A stretch of 25,858 bases of DNA, from contig JANKJI020000002.1 of NCBI GenBank assembly GCA_024626585.2, forward strand, positions 91,129,786-91,155,643. Direction: 5' to 3'. The position numbers and the translations under genes are program-made. Below the pieces are notes generated by a model. The model was not told the origin of the DNA, made no database searches, and saw only the letters and a list, made by a program, of their open reading frames with translations. Of this stretch, positions 1 through 11,453 are shown one piece after another (the first letter of the stretch is position 1; the number at the start of each line of letters is the position of its first letter). Source of the stretch: Ginkgo biloba (lineage: Eukaryota > Plantae > Ginkgophyta).

Positions 1-44
1 TATTTTGCTTTTTCTTACTACTATAAAATGCATCCCTGAAAAGA

Positions 45-56
45 GCTTTGATACCA
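45..56 (-). mobile_element. LTR retrotransposon primer-binding site (tRNA-iMet type)
   Basis: Minus strand reads TGGTATCAAAGC, one mismatch to the canonical TGGTATCAGAGC. Confidence 0.7.
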
Positions 57-58
57 CT

Positions 59-548
59 TATTATGATGTTGCATATACAGATATCCAAATAGAACTAACA
101 TGTGAAATAACATAAGTATTGAATGCTAATGAACAAAAAGTTGAATCCTAAATACTAGATGGTTGAATATCAAATAATGGTAAACTAAATACAAAGTAAT
201 AAATTATTAAATCTAAAATAATAAATACCTGAATGTGAAAAAGAAATAGAATGCTTGTATTAAAGTATCGTAGGACTCTTCAAAGGGGAAACCTCCTTGA
301 GAGAAATAATATGATACATAATAATATTTAATATGAGCATCTCTTCTTTACAGCCACTATTTATAATCATTATGTCCCTAACCTAAATAAAACCCTAACC
401 CTAATGCTCAAGGGTTAGGCCCACATACAAAATAGGTTCCTGAGCTTAATAATTAACCCGTACCTATTATAATGCATATGAAATAATATATTAAAGGGTT
501 AGTACATAAGGGTCCTACCAAAATTGATCTACAAATAAACTTCTCACA
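59..548 (-). mobile_element. Putative 5' LTR adjoining the PBS; the element continues off the left window edge
   Basis: Immediately 5' of the PBS on the minus strand. TATAAATAG box at ~356-364 (minus). Boundaries approximate. Confidence 0.45.
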
Positions 549-556
549 TTTGAATG

Positions 557-2444
557 AAAGTGAAATAATCATAATAGTAAATGATACACTCACCTATAAT
601 TAGGGTGTATTTTAAAAATTACATGTAGATCGTCTATAGGTGGACACAAAACCACCTATAAACTACTATCACTCCACCACTTTTCCCTACCCATATTCTA
701 ATGTTGTTTCTCCTATCCACTTATACTTAAAGGTGTAGGAAATACACTTTATTCTCCTTACTTTATCCACATTACTGCTCCCATATTTCACTTGCAAATA
801 TCCTAAACCAGTTATAAGAAAATACCAATATATCCATAAATATATTAATAGCATCAAACTAGATAGTCACCGATTCACTTCTAAAATCTTCACAAAAATG
901 CCTAAAAATTATCCAATAAACCCAAATGTGCAATAATATAGTGTTTAGGAAACATAAATGATATAGATATTTTTTTCCCTCATCCTTCACCACGTCACTG
1001 AATTTACAAGTCCTCTTGTGAACTAGCTTTAGGGACCTCTAATTCTTTAAAATGAACTTCTAAAAAACATTCACCTACCATATATATCTAAGTAGATGAG
1101 CACATAGGTTGTGGAACTTCCTATTATACTAATTCTTGGTAAATTTGTTCCATGGCCTCCTTAACTATTTCAACATATTCTAACTTTATTCCTTTTATAA
1201 TTATCTTCTTAAAATAAATACTCATTCATTAAACTTGCATCTTTTATTTTATTAAATCCCCTTACCCCCTCATGTGTTTATCTACATCCTATTTATCCAT
1301 ATATGTATAGTTTACCCAAGGAATCTACCAAAATTCCCTCAAACCATAAGGATTGGTTGGAAGCTTAAAAATTGAGGTCCTTGGGCCTCCCCATATCATC
1401 AATGAGATTCCACAAGAATTTGGGTCTGGAATAAAAAGGGTATAAATAAAGGATCGATAAGAGAACAATTATCGATCTAATAATTCCTAATATCTTGGAT
1501 GCATTTAATTAATTCACTACATCGAGATAAGCCTAATTGATATGTTATAAATTGTATATCTCCTAACATTATAACACTTAGGACTCTATAAATTCCCTAA
1601 CCCTTGGTTGAAAACCTATAATAGCATTATTCTCTAGTTGGTCCTTTTGATCACACCACATATTAATCACTAAAATAAAATTATTTATATAATCCTCCCA
1701 TGCTCCTAAATACCTCAAATGCTCTACATTCCAATCAACTACTCTTTCACCATTTAGGTCAAAAGTATCACCTAAAATATCATGATAGTTATATTAATCT
1801 AAAGTAATGCAAGCTTGTTTAACCTCCATTATGTTGTCCTAGTAATGGACATCATTCTTCATAGATGAACATCCCCCATCAACACAGCTAGATGAAATTC
1901 AATATCTTCTAAAATAAAATATCTTGTAATATATATTTCTTTGAATACATTTTAATCATGTGTACTTGCAACTCTTCAAAAATACTTTATCCTTTCATCA
2001 CTATTAGGTAGTAGCATAGTAGAGTTACTCAATGGCATCAACTGAATTGCCAAAAATATATCTCTCCTCATCATAGTATAGTTATGTTCTAAGCACCTCA
2101 TTTGGACCATTTTGAATCTAATCTTGATTGCCACATCTAACTATTTTTAAAAAGGATTCTCAAAAACTTTAGTAATTGATAATTTGACTGCAATAGGAAT
2201 GGCAACCAATTATTTCTTTAACGAAATATTTTTTCCCAAAATATTCCCTTATATGCTATTGGACCTTTATGGGTCCCTAAACTCCTACATTTTTACTTTC
2301 TCTCTCAATAAATTTTTTCCTCTGCATACCTTTCTTCCTAACTTTAGAGCTCTTAGACTAGTTGCACCATATGCTCATAATCACTCAAGGATTTCTTAAT
2401 TTTGTTAAGTTGAGTGATTAACTTCCTTATCCTCACATCATCTT
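557..2444 (-). mobile_element. Highly degenerate interspersed repeat, probably LTR retrotransposon internal region
   Basis: 557-985 is clearly homologous to 3554-3644 and 4608-5019 (shared tctataggtggacacaaaacca, cctaaacca, acttctaaaatcttca, ccctcatc). CpG-depleted with stop-riddled frames. No diagnostic motif recognised. Confidence 0.45.
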
Positions 2445-3743
2445 NNNNNNNNNNNNNNNNNNNNNNNNNNNNNNNNNNNNNNNNNNNNNNNNNNNNNNNN
2501 NNNNNNNNNNNNNNNNNNNNNNNNNNNNNNNNNNNNNNNNNNNNTATGTATATATTTATTAGTATAATTATTTAATAAAAATCTCTTGCACCTATTGTGA
2601 AATAAATCTCCATTTCTAAAAGAAATAAGATCACAATTATTCTACACAAATTGTGCAACTAACAATTACCAACACTTATAAAGAATTACTCCAAACTTAT
2701 ATTTTCCTTGGAAGTATAGAATTTGTTATTGACTCACAAACCAAATTATCACCTAAGAAGAGAAATTATTAATGCTGAAAAGAAATAAATCTCTACTTAC
2801 AAGGAACTAGATCACAATAATGAATCTTTAGTCTCTCCCTAGAAATGGTGCCAAAATGACCAATTATATTTATAGTTCATGAATTCTCAATCATATAGTT
2901 CATAAAGTTAGAGAAAAAATAAGATTCAAAATTCTAATCTAATTACATTTAGTGCATAGATAATATACATCTTAGAAAATTGAACTACAATTAAAACTCA
3001 GAGAACTATTTAAAGTACTGAAAGGAAATAACACTAAAAATTAGCTAAAATATAATAAAAATAAAAAATACAAAGGAAATTATATAGATACAACATAGGT
3101 TCTCTTTTTGGGTATGGAGTTCCATCCACCTAACTCCATCATGATTTAGAGAATCTAGAGAAATTTGGGTAGCTTTTTCACATGGGAGAAGCATATTTTC
3201 TATATATTCACTAGAAATAATTGATTTATATATTAGGGAGGAAGGATAGTTACATAAAAGAAACATGATCCTCTCCTAGATGGCCCAAATCCACTATAAA
3301 TAATTTATAGTGAGATACTAACTGATAGTTTATCTATAGTTGTAATGAAGGTGTTCCATCAATAGACAAAAACACCACACATTCAATGGTGGTGACTAAA
3401 CATACAACCCATCCATCACTTAACAGAGAATGATGTAATAAAATTTTCTTTATAAAGAGCCCACTTATAAGTAGCATGGAAGTGAACAAAATACAAAAGA
3501 ATGACATGGATTCCATATATTTGTCTATTAATAAACCAGTCACATATGACTAAAAGTGAAATAATAATAACAACAAATTCTATGCTCACCTACAAGTAGG
3601 GTGTAGGTAAACAATTGCTTATATCCTATCTATAGGTGGACACANNNNNNNNNNNNNNNNNNNNNNNNNNNNNNNNNNNNNNNNNNNNNNNNNNNNNNNN
3701 NNNNNNNNNNNNNNNNNNNNNNNNNNNNNNNNNNNNNNNNNNN

Positions 3744-4600
3744 NTTTGACCAAAAAAGCAAAAAAGTTTGGAGCGAAAAAAGCGCAACAAGAGATTGAGC
3801 ACATTTGAAGCAAACAAAAGATTACAAGGACATATGTTTGGAATAATTCTCCTAAAGAGACACTTGTGCAAGTAGTTGCTCCCATCTAGCCTACTCATGA
3901 GATGTTGACACCGATATGTGAGGTCATTACAACCTTTATGGAGCCAATAGTACACACCACATTATCTAATGAGCAAAAATTGATATTATTGAAGTAGTTT
4001 TCTTATGATTTATATCTAAGCATTTCATTATCTATCCTCTTCTAGTGTTGGGAGCTTGCACGACTGTAGCAAATAACATGCATTGTTAAATATCCAAGAA
4101 CATTACTGCTTGAATGTACAAATGCAAAGTTAGATTGCGATCCCCATGTGTCCATGTAACTTTTGGTCTATACAGTAGACAAAGCAATTGTTGATGTTGG
4201 TTCTGCCATTATTGTCCTTCTAGAAAGCATAAGTAAAGTTATTGGTAGTCCAACCACAATACCTGTGGATACTACCTTGAACATGGCCCATCAATCTCAA
4301 GTACAGGCCCCTCCATACGATTGAGAATGTTCCCTTTGTCGTCATCGGTATAGTAGTGCTCTAAGAATTTGTGGTATTTAAGATGATTGCCTGGGGTAGA
4401 TCATATCCTATCCTATTGGATGAGATTGGTTGCACTAAACCAAAGCATTGTAGGATTGGGCTTATGATGTCTCAATCACAAGAATGTTACAACTTACCTT
4501 GCAGAAGGAAAATAGAGCAAGTGGAGCATTAGCTCCTGAAACCTCATTGAAAGAAATTTCATACTAGGCGAATAGAAACATATTAATAATTGTCTAATGG
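3744..4600 (+). mobile_element. Ty3/gypsy gag-protease remnant
   Basis: Manual translation at ~4170-4460 gives VDKAIVDVGSAIIVL (aspartic protease D-x-G-S), TTLNMAHQS, EFVVFKM, SYPILL..DWL, with stops and frameshifts. Confidence 0.7.
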
Positions 4601-4607
4601 CTCCCTT

Positions 4608-5019
4608 TAACAACAAATTCTATGCTCACCTACAAGTAGGGTGTAGGTAAACAATTGCCTATATCCTATCTATAGGTGGACACAAAACCACATACAAATT
4701 GTTGTCACTCCATTACTTCTCCTTGACCATATTTTGTTATTATTTCTCCCAATCACTTGCACTTGAAGATGCAAGTAATATACTTCATTTTTATTATTTC
4801 TCCACTTCACTGATCTCATCTTTCACCTTTAAATTTCCTAAACCAACTACAAGTAAACACTAATCTAAACACAAAATTATTAATAACACCAAATTTGATA
4901 GTCATCAATTTACTTCTAAAATCTTCATAAAATTGACAAAAACATAATCAGTGAACCCAAATATACATTAATATAGTGTCTAGGTAATATAAATGATGGG
5001 GATATTTCTTCCCTCATCA
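4608..5019 (-). repeat. Second copy of the 557-985 repeat family; first 77 bp duplicated at 3568-3644
   Basis: Direct sequence comparison: 3568-3644 and 4608-4684 are identical except for one base. Confidence 0.75.
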
Positions 5020-5944
5020 TATATGAAAATATTACATTTCATTAAAATATACCAATTAGACATAAATGGAAAATATGGATCAAATTCCCTTGATTAAAGG
5101 ATGAATATGATTTAATACTAATTAGGCACTACTACATAATTTGGAAATATTTTTCTTTCATTTGAATGCACTATGATAGATTATACATAAATAATTTATT
5201 AAAAATAAGAGGGGTTATAAGTTCAAATTTTGATTTCTAAAGAGTTATAAGATAATAGAAAATTTTGACAATAATACCAAAGAATTCATCATATAGTTTT
5301 CTTTAAAGTTAATTAGATTTCAATAAGAATAAATTATTCCCAAAATGTATTTTATTCCAATACCCACTAATTTATATCATAATACCCCTATGTGGGAAAA
5401 ATAAAAATAAATAAANNNNNNNNNNNNNNNNNNNNNNNNNNNNNNNNNNNNNNNNNNNNNNNNNNNNNNNNNNNNNNNNNNNNNNNNNNNNNNNNNNNNN
5501 NNNNNNNNNNNNNNNNNNNNNNNNNNNNNNNNNNNNNNNNNNNNNNNNNNNNNNNNNNNNNNNNNNNNNNNNNNNNNNNNNNNNNNNNNNNNNNNNNNNN
5601 NNNNNNNNNNNNNNNNNNNNNNNNNNNNNNNNNNNNNNNNNNNNNNNNNNNNNNNNNNNNNNNNNNNNNNNNNNNNNNNNNNNNNNNNNNNNNNNNNNNN
5701 NNNNNNNNNNNNNNNNNNNNNNNNNNNNNNNNNNNNNNNNNNNNNNNNNNNNNNNNNNNNNNNNNNNNNNNNNNNNNNNNNNNNNNNNNNNNNNNNNNNN
5801 NNNNNNNNNNNNNNNNNNNNNNNNNNNNNNNNNNNNNNNNNNNNNNNNNNNNNNNNNNNNNNNNNNNNNNNNNNNNNNNNNNNNNNNNNNNNNNNGAAGG
5901 TAGCCTTGTGGAGGGAATTACCTTAAAATTACCATAATAAAGGG

Positions 5945-6280
5945 AAGTTACCCTTATATATTTATGAGGACAACTTAAAACCATATGAAGTTATCTTCTT
6001 GTTTAATACATTATTTACATAAGATATTTGAGGATAACTTTTAATCACCAAGACGATAGATTTAATGACTATGAGGATAACTTATAGTTTAATGATGCAA
6101 TCACATGGGAAATTTTAGGGTTAATTTAATTACTCAAGATCAAATATCTTACCCTTATAACTCTATGAGGNNNNNNNNNNNNNNNNNNNNNNNNNNNNNN
6201 NNNNNNNNNNNNNNNNNNNNNNNNNNNNNNNNNNNNNNNNNNNNNNNNNNNNNNNNNCAACTTTCATAGGCTAACTTCTA
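5945..6280. repeat. Cluster of ~11-bp motifs GAGGA(T/C)AACTT in both orientations (transposon subterminal-repeat-like)
   Basis: gaggacaactt 5966, gaggataactt 6030 and 6073, aggctaactt 6268; inverted aagttaccct 5945 and aagttatcttc 5988; partial copies flank the gap at 6171-6257. Confidence 0.55.
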
Positions 6281-7483
6281 GAGGGAATAAATTTTGTGTT
6301 TGTACTTTATATATTGAAAATAAAATATTACCATAAATATCTCACCATATACCTTTTGAATATATAAATTCCTTACTTTAAATTACCTAAATTTGTACAT
6401 AATTAATCTACAAATACACTGTCCTATTTTACAAGCATGAAATTTCATCTTCATTATTTTTTTATGATAATTTGTTTCCCATCCAACCATGAATCATGTT
6501 ATTATATTAATTTATCTCCTTATAAAAAGTTACATATCATATCACTAAGTCAGTTAAAAGTTTAAGGAAACATGTTTTATGGCTAGTGTAAGAGTTTGGC
6601 TAATTTATTTTATCACAAAATTTTNNNNNNNNNNAATATAAACATTTTGACAAAAGTATTTGAAAAGATATCAAATTATAATGCTTGCATTTATTTTATG
6701 CCAAAATTTAGGGAAAAGTTTAAGTACAATCATTTTTCCACGTGGGAAAAATTAGAAAATCTTCATTTTTAAGTAGCAAATATTTTAATAAAAAATTATC
6801 AAAATGGAAAATACTAGCCACTAAGTTTTTCTATGCTCTGAGAATGTATTCCAAATATGCGAATTTAAAATTCAATATATTATTATAGTAACCATTATAA
6901 GGAAATAATGGATCAAGTGTTATAATAAAATTAAATATTTAAAATAAAGTTTGTGGTGTAGGCTAAGTTGGTGAATACTTTATAGTAAGGTTCCTCCCAT
7001 CAATAAGAAAATAGAGGAATGGAAACTACTAAGAAATTATAACATCAATAATATGAATACTTATGGGTACTTGATAAGTACTATAATATGAATACAATAT
7101 AAGTTATAACATCAATGTATTTGTAGAAGTTCTTAGTTACTTATTATGATGTACACATTTATGTTACATTCATTAGAGGGAAAGAATTTTTAGAGTATTA
7201 GAATTACCTTTTAATTAATATATTAGGAATTTGGTAATTAAACTTTTACATAGAAATCTTATACATGAATGCACCCATTTCAACATAGTTTAGGTTAAAT
7301 GAAAAATTCACTTCTATACAAAGAGGAATGATAGATATGAAAATTCCTAACTCCTTAAAACCAAATGGAGATTAACTATTTGTGGAATGAAATGCTCAAA
7401 AGAAAAAGATTCCATTAATATTTAGGATAATTTATGATGATATTCATGTCAATGATTTTCTATTTTAGATTATTATTATTTAG

Positions 7484-7650
7484 AATTATAAAATTTAGAA
7501 TTGTTGCATTAATTATAAACATTACAATTCCAAACATTGGAATTCCAAATGTTGTAATTATAAACTATCTTATAATTTTGAATGTTGTAATAGTAAATGT
7601 TACAATTTCAAATATTCTAATTTCATACTTTATGATTCCAAACAATTATA
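7484..7650. repeat. Degenerate 15-bp minisatellite (~10-11 units)
   Basis: Units include aattataaacattac, aattccaaacattgg, aattccaaatgttgt, aattttgaatgttgt, aatagtaaatgttac, aatttcaaatattct. Confidence 0.7.
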
Positions 7651-8274
7651 ATGTAGTTTTCACACGTTGGTTCTAAAAATAAATGTTTTATTGTGTTGTT
7701 ACATTCACAAGCAACCTTGGTAGTGCATTAATAAAAATCTTGTCTTGTATATGATCTTTCATAAGTTTAAATTTCTTAAGTAAACTAATTTAGTGAATCT
7801 AAATCCATACTACATGAACCTACCAAATAAACCATGTGAGGCACCAAGCCTAAGTAGGCACGGCAAGCCATAAAACATCTACTACCAAGTACACATCTAA
7901 GATTTCTTCTTATATGAATAAAATTATCTATGATTGTAATATTCCTTAGATATGATAATTTAAATATTAGAAGTTTCTTTTCCAATATTAATAACTCAAT
8001 ACTAAGAGTAGTTGGAGTTCTTATATTATTGATTAATATTTAAATACTCTTCCAAGACATCTCTATTCTTATCTATGACTACTAGACCATGAGATATGTA
8101 ACACAAATTGGGGGTCATCATAGGTCAAATTCTATGTAACGAGAGATCGCNNNNNNNNNNNNNNNNNNNNNNNNNNNNNNNNNNNNNNNNNNNNNNNNNN
8201 NNNNNNNNNNNNNNNNNNNNNNNNNNNNNNNNNNNNNNNNNNNNNNNNNNACAAAAATACAAAAATTAGAGCAT

Positions 8275-8452
8275 TGATTACTCTCATTCTCATTCCAATG
8301 AGAATTTTTCACAATCCCTATCCTTTACAAAGATGTAATTTATGAACTCCTAACTAAACCATTTGATTACTCTCATTCTCTTTCTAATGAGGTTTTTTCA
8401 CAATCCCTATCCTTCACATAGATGTCATTTATGAACTCCTAACTAAACCATT
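8275..8452. repeat. Two-copy 89-bp tandem duplication
   Basis: tgattactctcattctc...tttatgaactcctaactaaaccatt occurs at 8275-8363 and 8364-8452 with several substitutions. Confidence 0.9.
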
Positions 8453-8512
8453 GATGACCGTTTCATACCAGCGATATGACCGTTTCAAAGATAAAAGAGA
8501 ATGACCTTATAG

Positions 8513-8534
8513 AAGAGAGAGAGAGAGAGCGAGA
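8513..8534. repeat. (GA)n microsatellite
   Basis: agagagagagagagagcgaga. Confidence 0.8.
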
Positions 8535-8888
8535 ATTAACGTGGACGGAATTCACGTGGAAAAAAATATGAATGACAACGCAGGCGGTTCAAGATTACAA
8601 CAATTATTAATGACAATGAAACACTTAATAACGAATTTATAAATAATAAGCATCCATGTGGGGATTAAAAAAAAATTGTTTAATAAAATAAGCTTATTTA
8701 ATTCAAATCCCACGAACACGCAACTATTCTATTTCAAAAGCAGAAAGTCTTTATAAGTAGCTACATCTATAGCGCATTGCAGAAACTTCTTCCAACAATA
8801 TATGCATTACACAACAACAATTTCTAATATCCTCCATCTCCTTTGCCGAGTTTTCAGCAAAGGAAGATGAAAATATGGTATCCAACGG

Positions 8889-10491
8889 CTAGCTAGGAAA
8901 ACCTGGTTTACGACAGTTGGGTATATTTGGGCACATTGTTATCGGGCAGTTGAAACGTTGCTTATACTCTTGCTCAAATGGATTCCTGGTATTGCACGGG
9001 TAACAGTCGATGCAATCACTCCATACATTGGTCTCCGAGGGATCCACGTCTCTCATTACCTTCCACACCGCCATATTCCACTTGAATCCCGAGCCCAATG
9101 CTATCTGCTATACGCGGTCTCCTTTATTGACTCTTCCCTTGGATTCCATATATGCTAATTCACACCAGCGACCACTGGAAGAAATGTTGCAGATTCGGTG
9201 GAGAGTCATGAGAGCAGGTTCTGTATCATAATCTGTTAGCTTCAGGTTCTTCCCAATCCCATTGATGACTGCTCGACCACCAGGATGAATGCAGAAATGC
9301 TCGAATGCAAGCTTGAAATTTGGAACATAGGGTTTTACGCCTTTTGATTTTAAGATCTTGATGCATAAAAGATTGTAGACAAAATATAACTGATCTGATA
9401 TGGGGAGAACTCTAGCGGGAAAATTTTGTGATATTGTTCTTCAGAGCTAGGCCTGCGGCTTCTATCAGATAAGTGCTCAGAGAAATACCAAGAACATTAT
9501 CCCGGTCTTCTCTCTGGATTATGCGGTTGTATGCATCGTCATTTGTCCCCACGTGAACCCTAACAGAATGCAAGAGCACCATTTTAGCTCTCCTTGCATC
9601 CCTAGGCTTGTTGGAGAGTAGGAGAGCCGAACCCCCGACCCGGAAGAGGCAATTAGTCATCATCATTGTTCTGTCATCCCCGTCATATTTGTTTATGGTT
9701 ATATTCTCTGTGCTTACTACCACCTCATACGAGTTCTTGTGCACCTTGAGCAGATGTTTGGCCGTGTCGACTGCTATAATCCCAGCACTGCAGCCCATGC
9801 CTGATAGATTGTAGGATTTGATGTCTTCCCTCATTTTATAGTGATTCACAATCCATGCCGACAGAGATGGCAATGGTGCAAAACAACACACATTAACAAT
9901 CAGAATGTCGATGTCAGAGGGTCGAATCCCGCTATCTGCAAACAATCTGTCAAGAGTTGCGGCAAAAGCCTCGTGCATCTCCAACCATCCTTCATCCATA
10001 CTCGAAACTATATTTTCCTGGAAGAAGGAATTGGGTGCATAGGTTTCCTGTCCCAATCCTGATTTAATATGAACATTCACCTGAAACTTTATACTGTCAA
10101 GAGGAGGCTCCCTTTGGCGTATAACATATTCAGACAGCTCTGAATTCATCTTTCTCTCTTCCGGAGGCTTGTAACAACTGTATGCAAGCAGATAACAGCA
10201 ACTCCGTTGCGTCTGGACGAAATGCAGTATACCCAATAAAATTATACATGCTGCCATTAAAATGCCCACCGTCGAAGGGCATGAGAAAAGCTCAGATTTA
10301 AATTCCTCCATGAATTCTCCCTGCAGTAAGATTGAAAATTACACTGTGAAAGACTTATTGCCATCATTTGCACCAATCATTGCAAAAAAAAGTAACGAGG
10401 GAAAATCCAAAATATCACAAAAACTTGCAACACAATTCTGCGCATTAACTGCTTTCTAGAACGTCTACAGAACCTCCTCTGAGCTCTCCAT
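8889..10491 (-). pseudogene. KCS: 3-ketoacyl-CoA synthase (FAE1-type very-long-chain fatty acid elongase condensing enzyme), KCS3/KCS12/KCS19-like; disrupted
   Basis: ORF 10311-9412 has an N-terminal hydrophobic helix, DIDILIVNV, PSLSAWIVNHYKMREDIKSYNLSGMGCSAG (catalytic Cys ~9790), VSTEN and NCLFRVGG. After a +1 frameshift at ~9419-9423, manual translation continues [12 protein letters not shown]...[92 protein letters not shown]...[11 protein letters not shown]...NPF. It has an in-frame TAG at 9110-9108 and the natural stop at 8891-8889. Putative micro-exon 1 is 10491-10474 (MESSEE), followed by a GT..AG intron at 10473-10321. Confidence 0.9.
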
Positions 10492-11453
10492 TGTCTAATT
10501 CATCCAAGCTTCTAACTGTAATCCAAGCTGCTTCCCAGTCCGGATATATCATTGCACGTCAAAGACAAGAATAGGAGAAGATGAAATTCATCGGCAGAAA
10601 AAAATAAATTCAAAATTGCAGGAGAGAAATTCAAAATTGCAGAGGGTATCGTAATGGAACCACCAACCACTCAATGACCTCAGTTATCATTGCATTTGAT
10701 TCGCCATTTCGTGAACAGTCTTCACACCCAAGTTTGTTCTGTGTTCTGGCGTCAATGACAGCGATGCATGCGTTATTGACAGCGATACTCCGTGCGATTA
10801 TGGAACGGGCAGACCAATGGCGGGTAGCAGGATGCCGGAGCGAGCCGGAGAAACAAAACTGGATGAAAGGGCAAAATCGGATTACAGAATTTCGATGGAT
10901 GTATGATGGATGCCATGGAGGGGGAGGTACTCCTGATGAGGGGCCGGATGTCGCCTAGAAAGGCTGCTTTTCTCTCAAAACGAGAATGTAAGAAAGTCTG
11001 GGTGACATTGACGAGGCGAACATAAATACAGGGCCTTTTTATTTTAAACGTTTGTACTGTCTTCGGACGCTGTAAAATCTGCGGACGAAAACTTTTTCCA
11101 TATTCTCGTCAGTCGTCAGACTGCTTTGCTTATACGAACCAACGGAGCACTTGAAAAATTGCCGGTGACGTTGACGTTGACGTTGACATTGCTGGTCTTA
11201 AACAGNNNNNNNNNNNNNNNNNNNNNNNNNNNNNNNNNNNNNNNNNNNNNNNNNNNNNNNNNNNNNNNNNNNNNNNNNNNNNNNNNNNNNNNNNNNNNNN
11301 NNNNNAACAGGTTTTCAAAACGCAAATTAAACACACATCGCTTATCGACGGAAACCGCGCAATCGTGCCGTATATTTTAAAGGTTCTGGCAAAGGCACTT
11401 GCGCTTGTCTCAGACTTTCATAGTGGACTCTCAGACGAATGAAAAGCTGAGAA
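10492..11453. promoter_or_regulatory. CpG-retaining intergenic region between divergent KCS and MADS starts (putative shared promoter and 5' UTRs)
   Basis: Visibly more GC- and CpG-rich than the TE-derived flanks. TATTTAT-like element on the minus strand at ~11022-11028. TGACG-type array at 11165-11190. Interrupted by an N gap at 11206-11305. Confidence 0.4.

Noticed and set aside
376-420. Telomere-like ccctaa repeats
   Set aside because: Only two or three imperfect units inside a putative LTR; common in such elements.
5388-5984. Long ORFs spanning N runs (also 3619-3955, 11116-11380, 20843-21157 and others)
   Set aside because: Artefacts of translating assembly gaps.
5945-8500. CRISPR-like interpretation of the spaced motifs and tandem repeats
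   Set aside because: Eukaryotic context, irregular spacing, mixed orientation and no cas genes.
9108-9423. Programmed frameshift, readthrough or RNA editing rescuing KCS
   Set aside because: No such mechanism is known for nuclear KCS genes, and several independent missense changes in conserved motifs point to decay.
8958-10459. Plus-strand ORFs overlapping KCS
   Set aside because: Antisense shadows of the KCS coding sequence.
10606-10642. 16-bp direct repeat aaattcaaaattgcag x2
   Set aside because: Real but a trivial local slippage duplication with no supportable function.
10674-10958. 94-aa ORF in the GC-rich intergenic region
   Set aside because: No recognisable domain; expected by chance at this GC content, and it lies antisense to the probable KCS leader.
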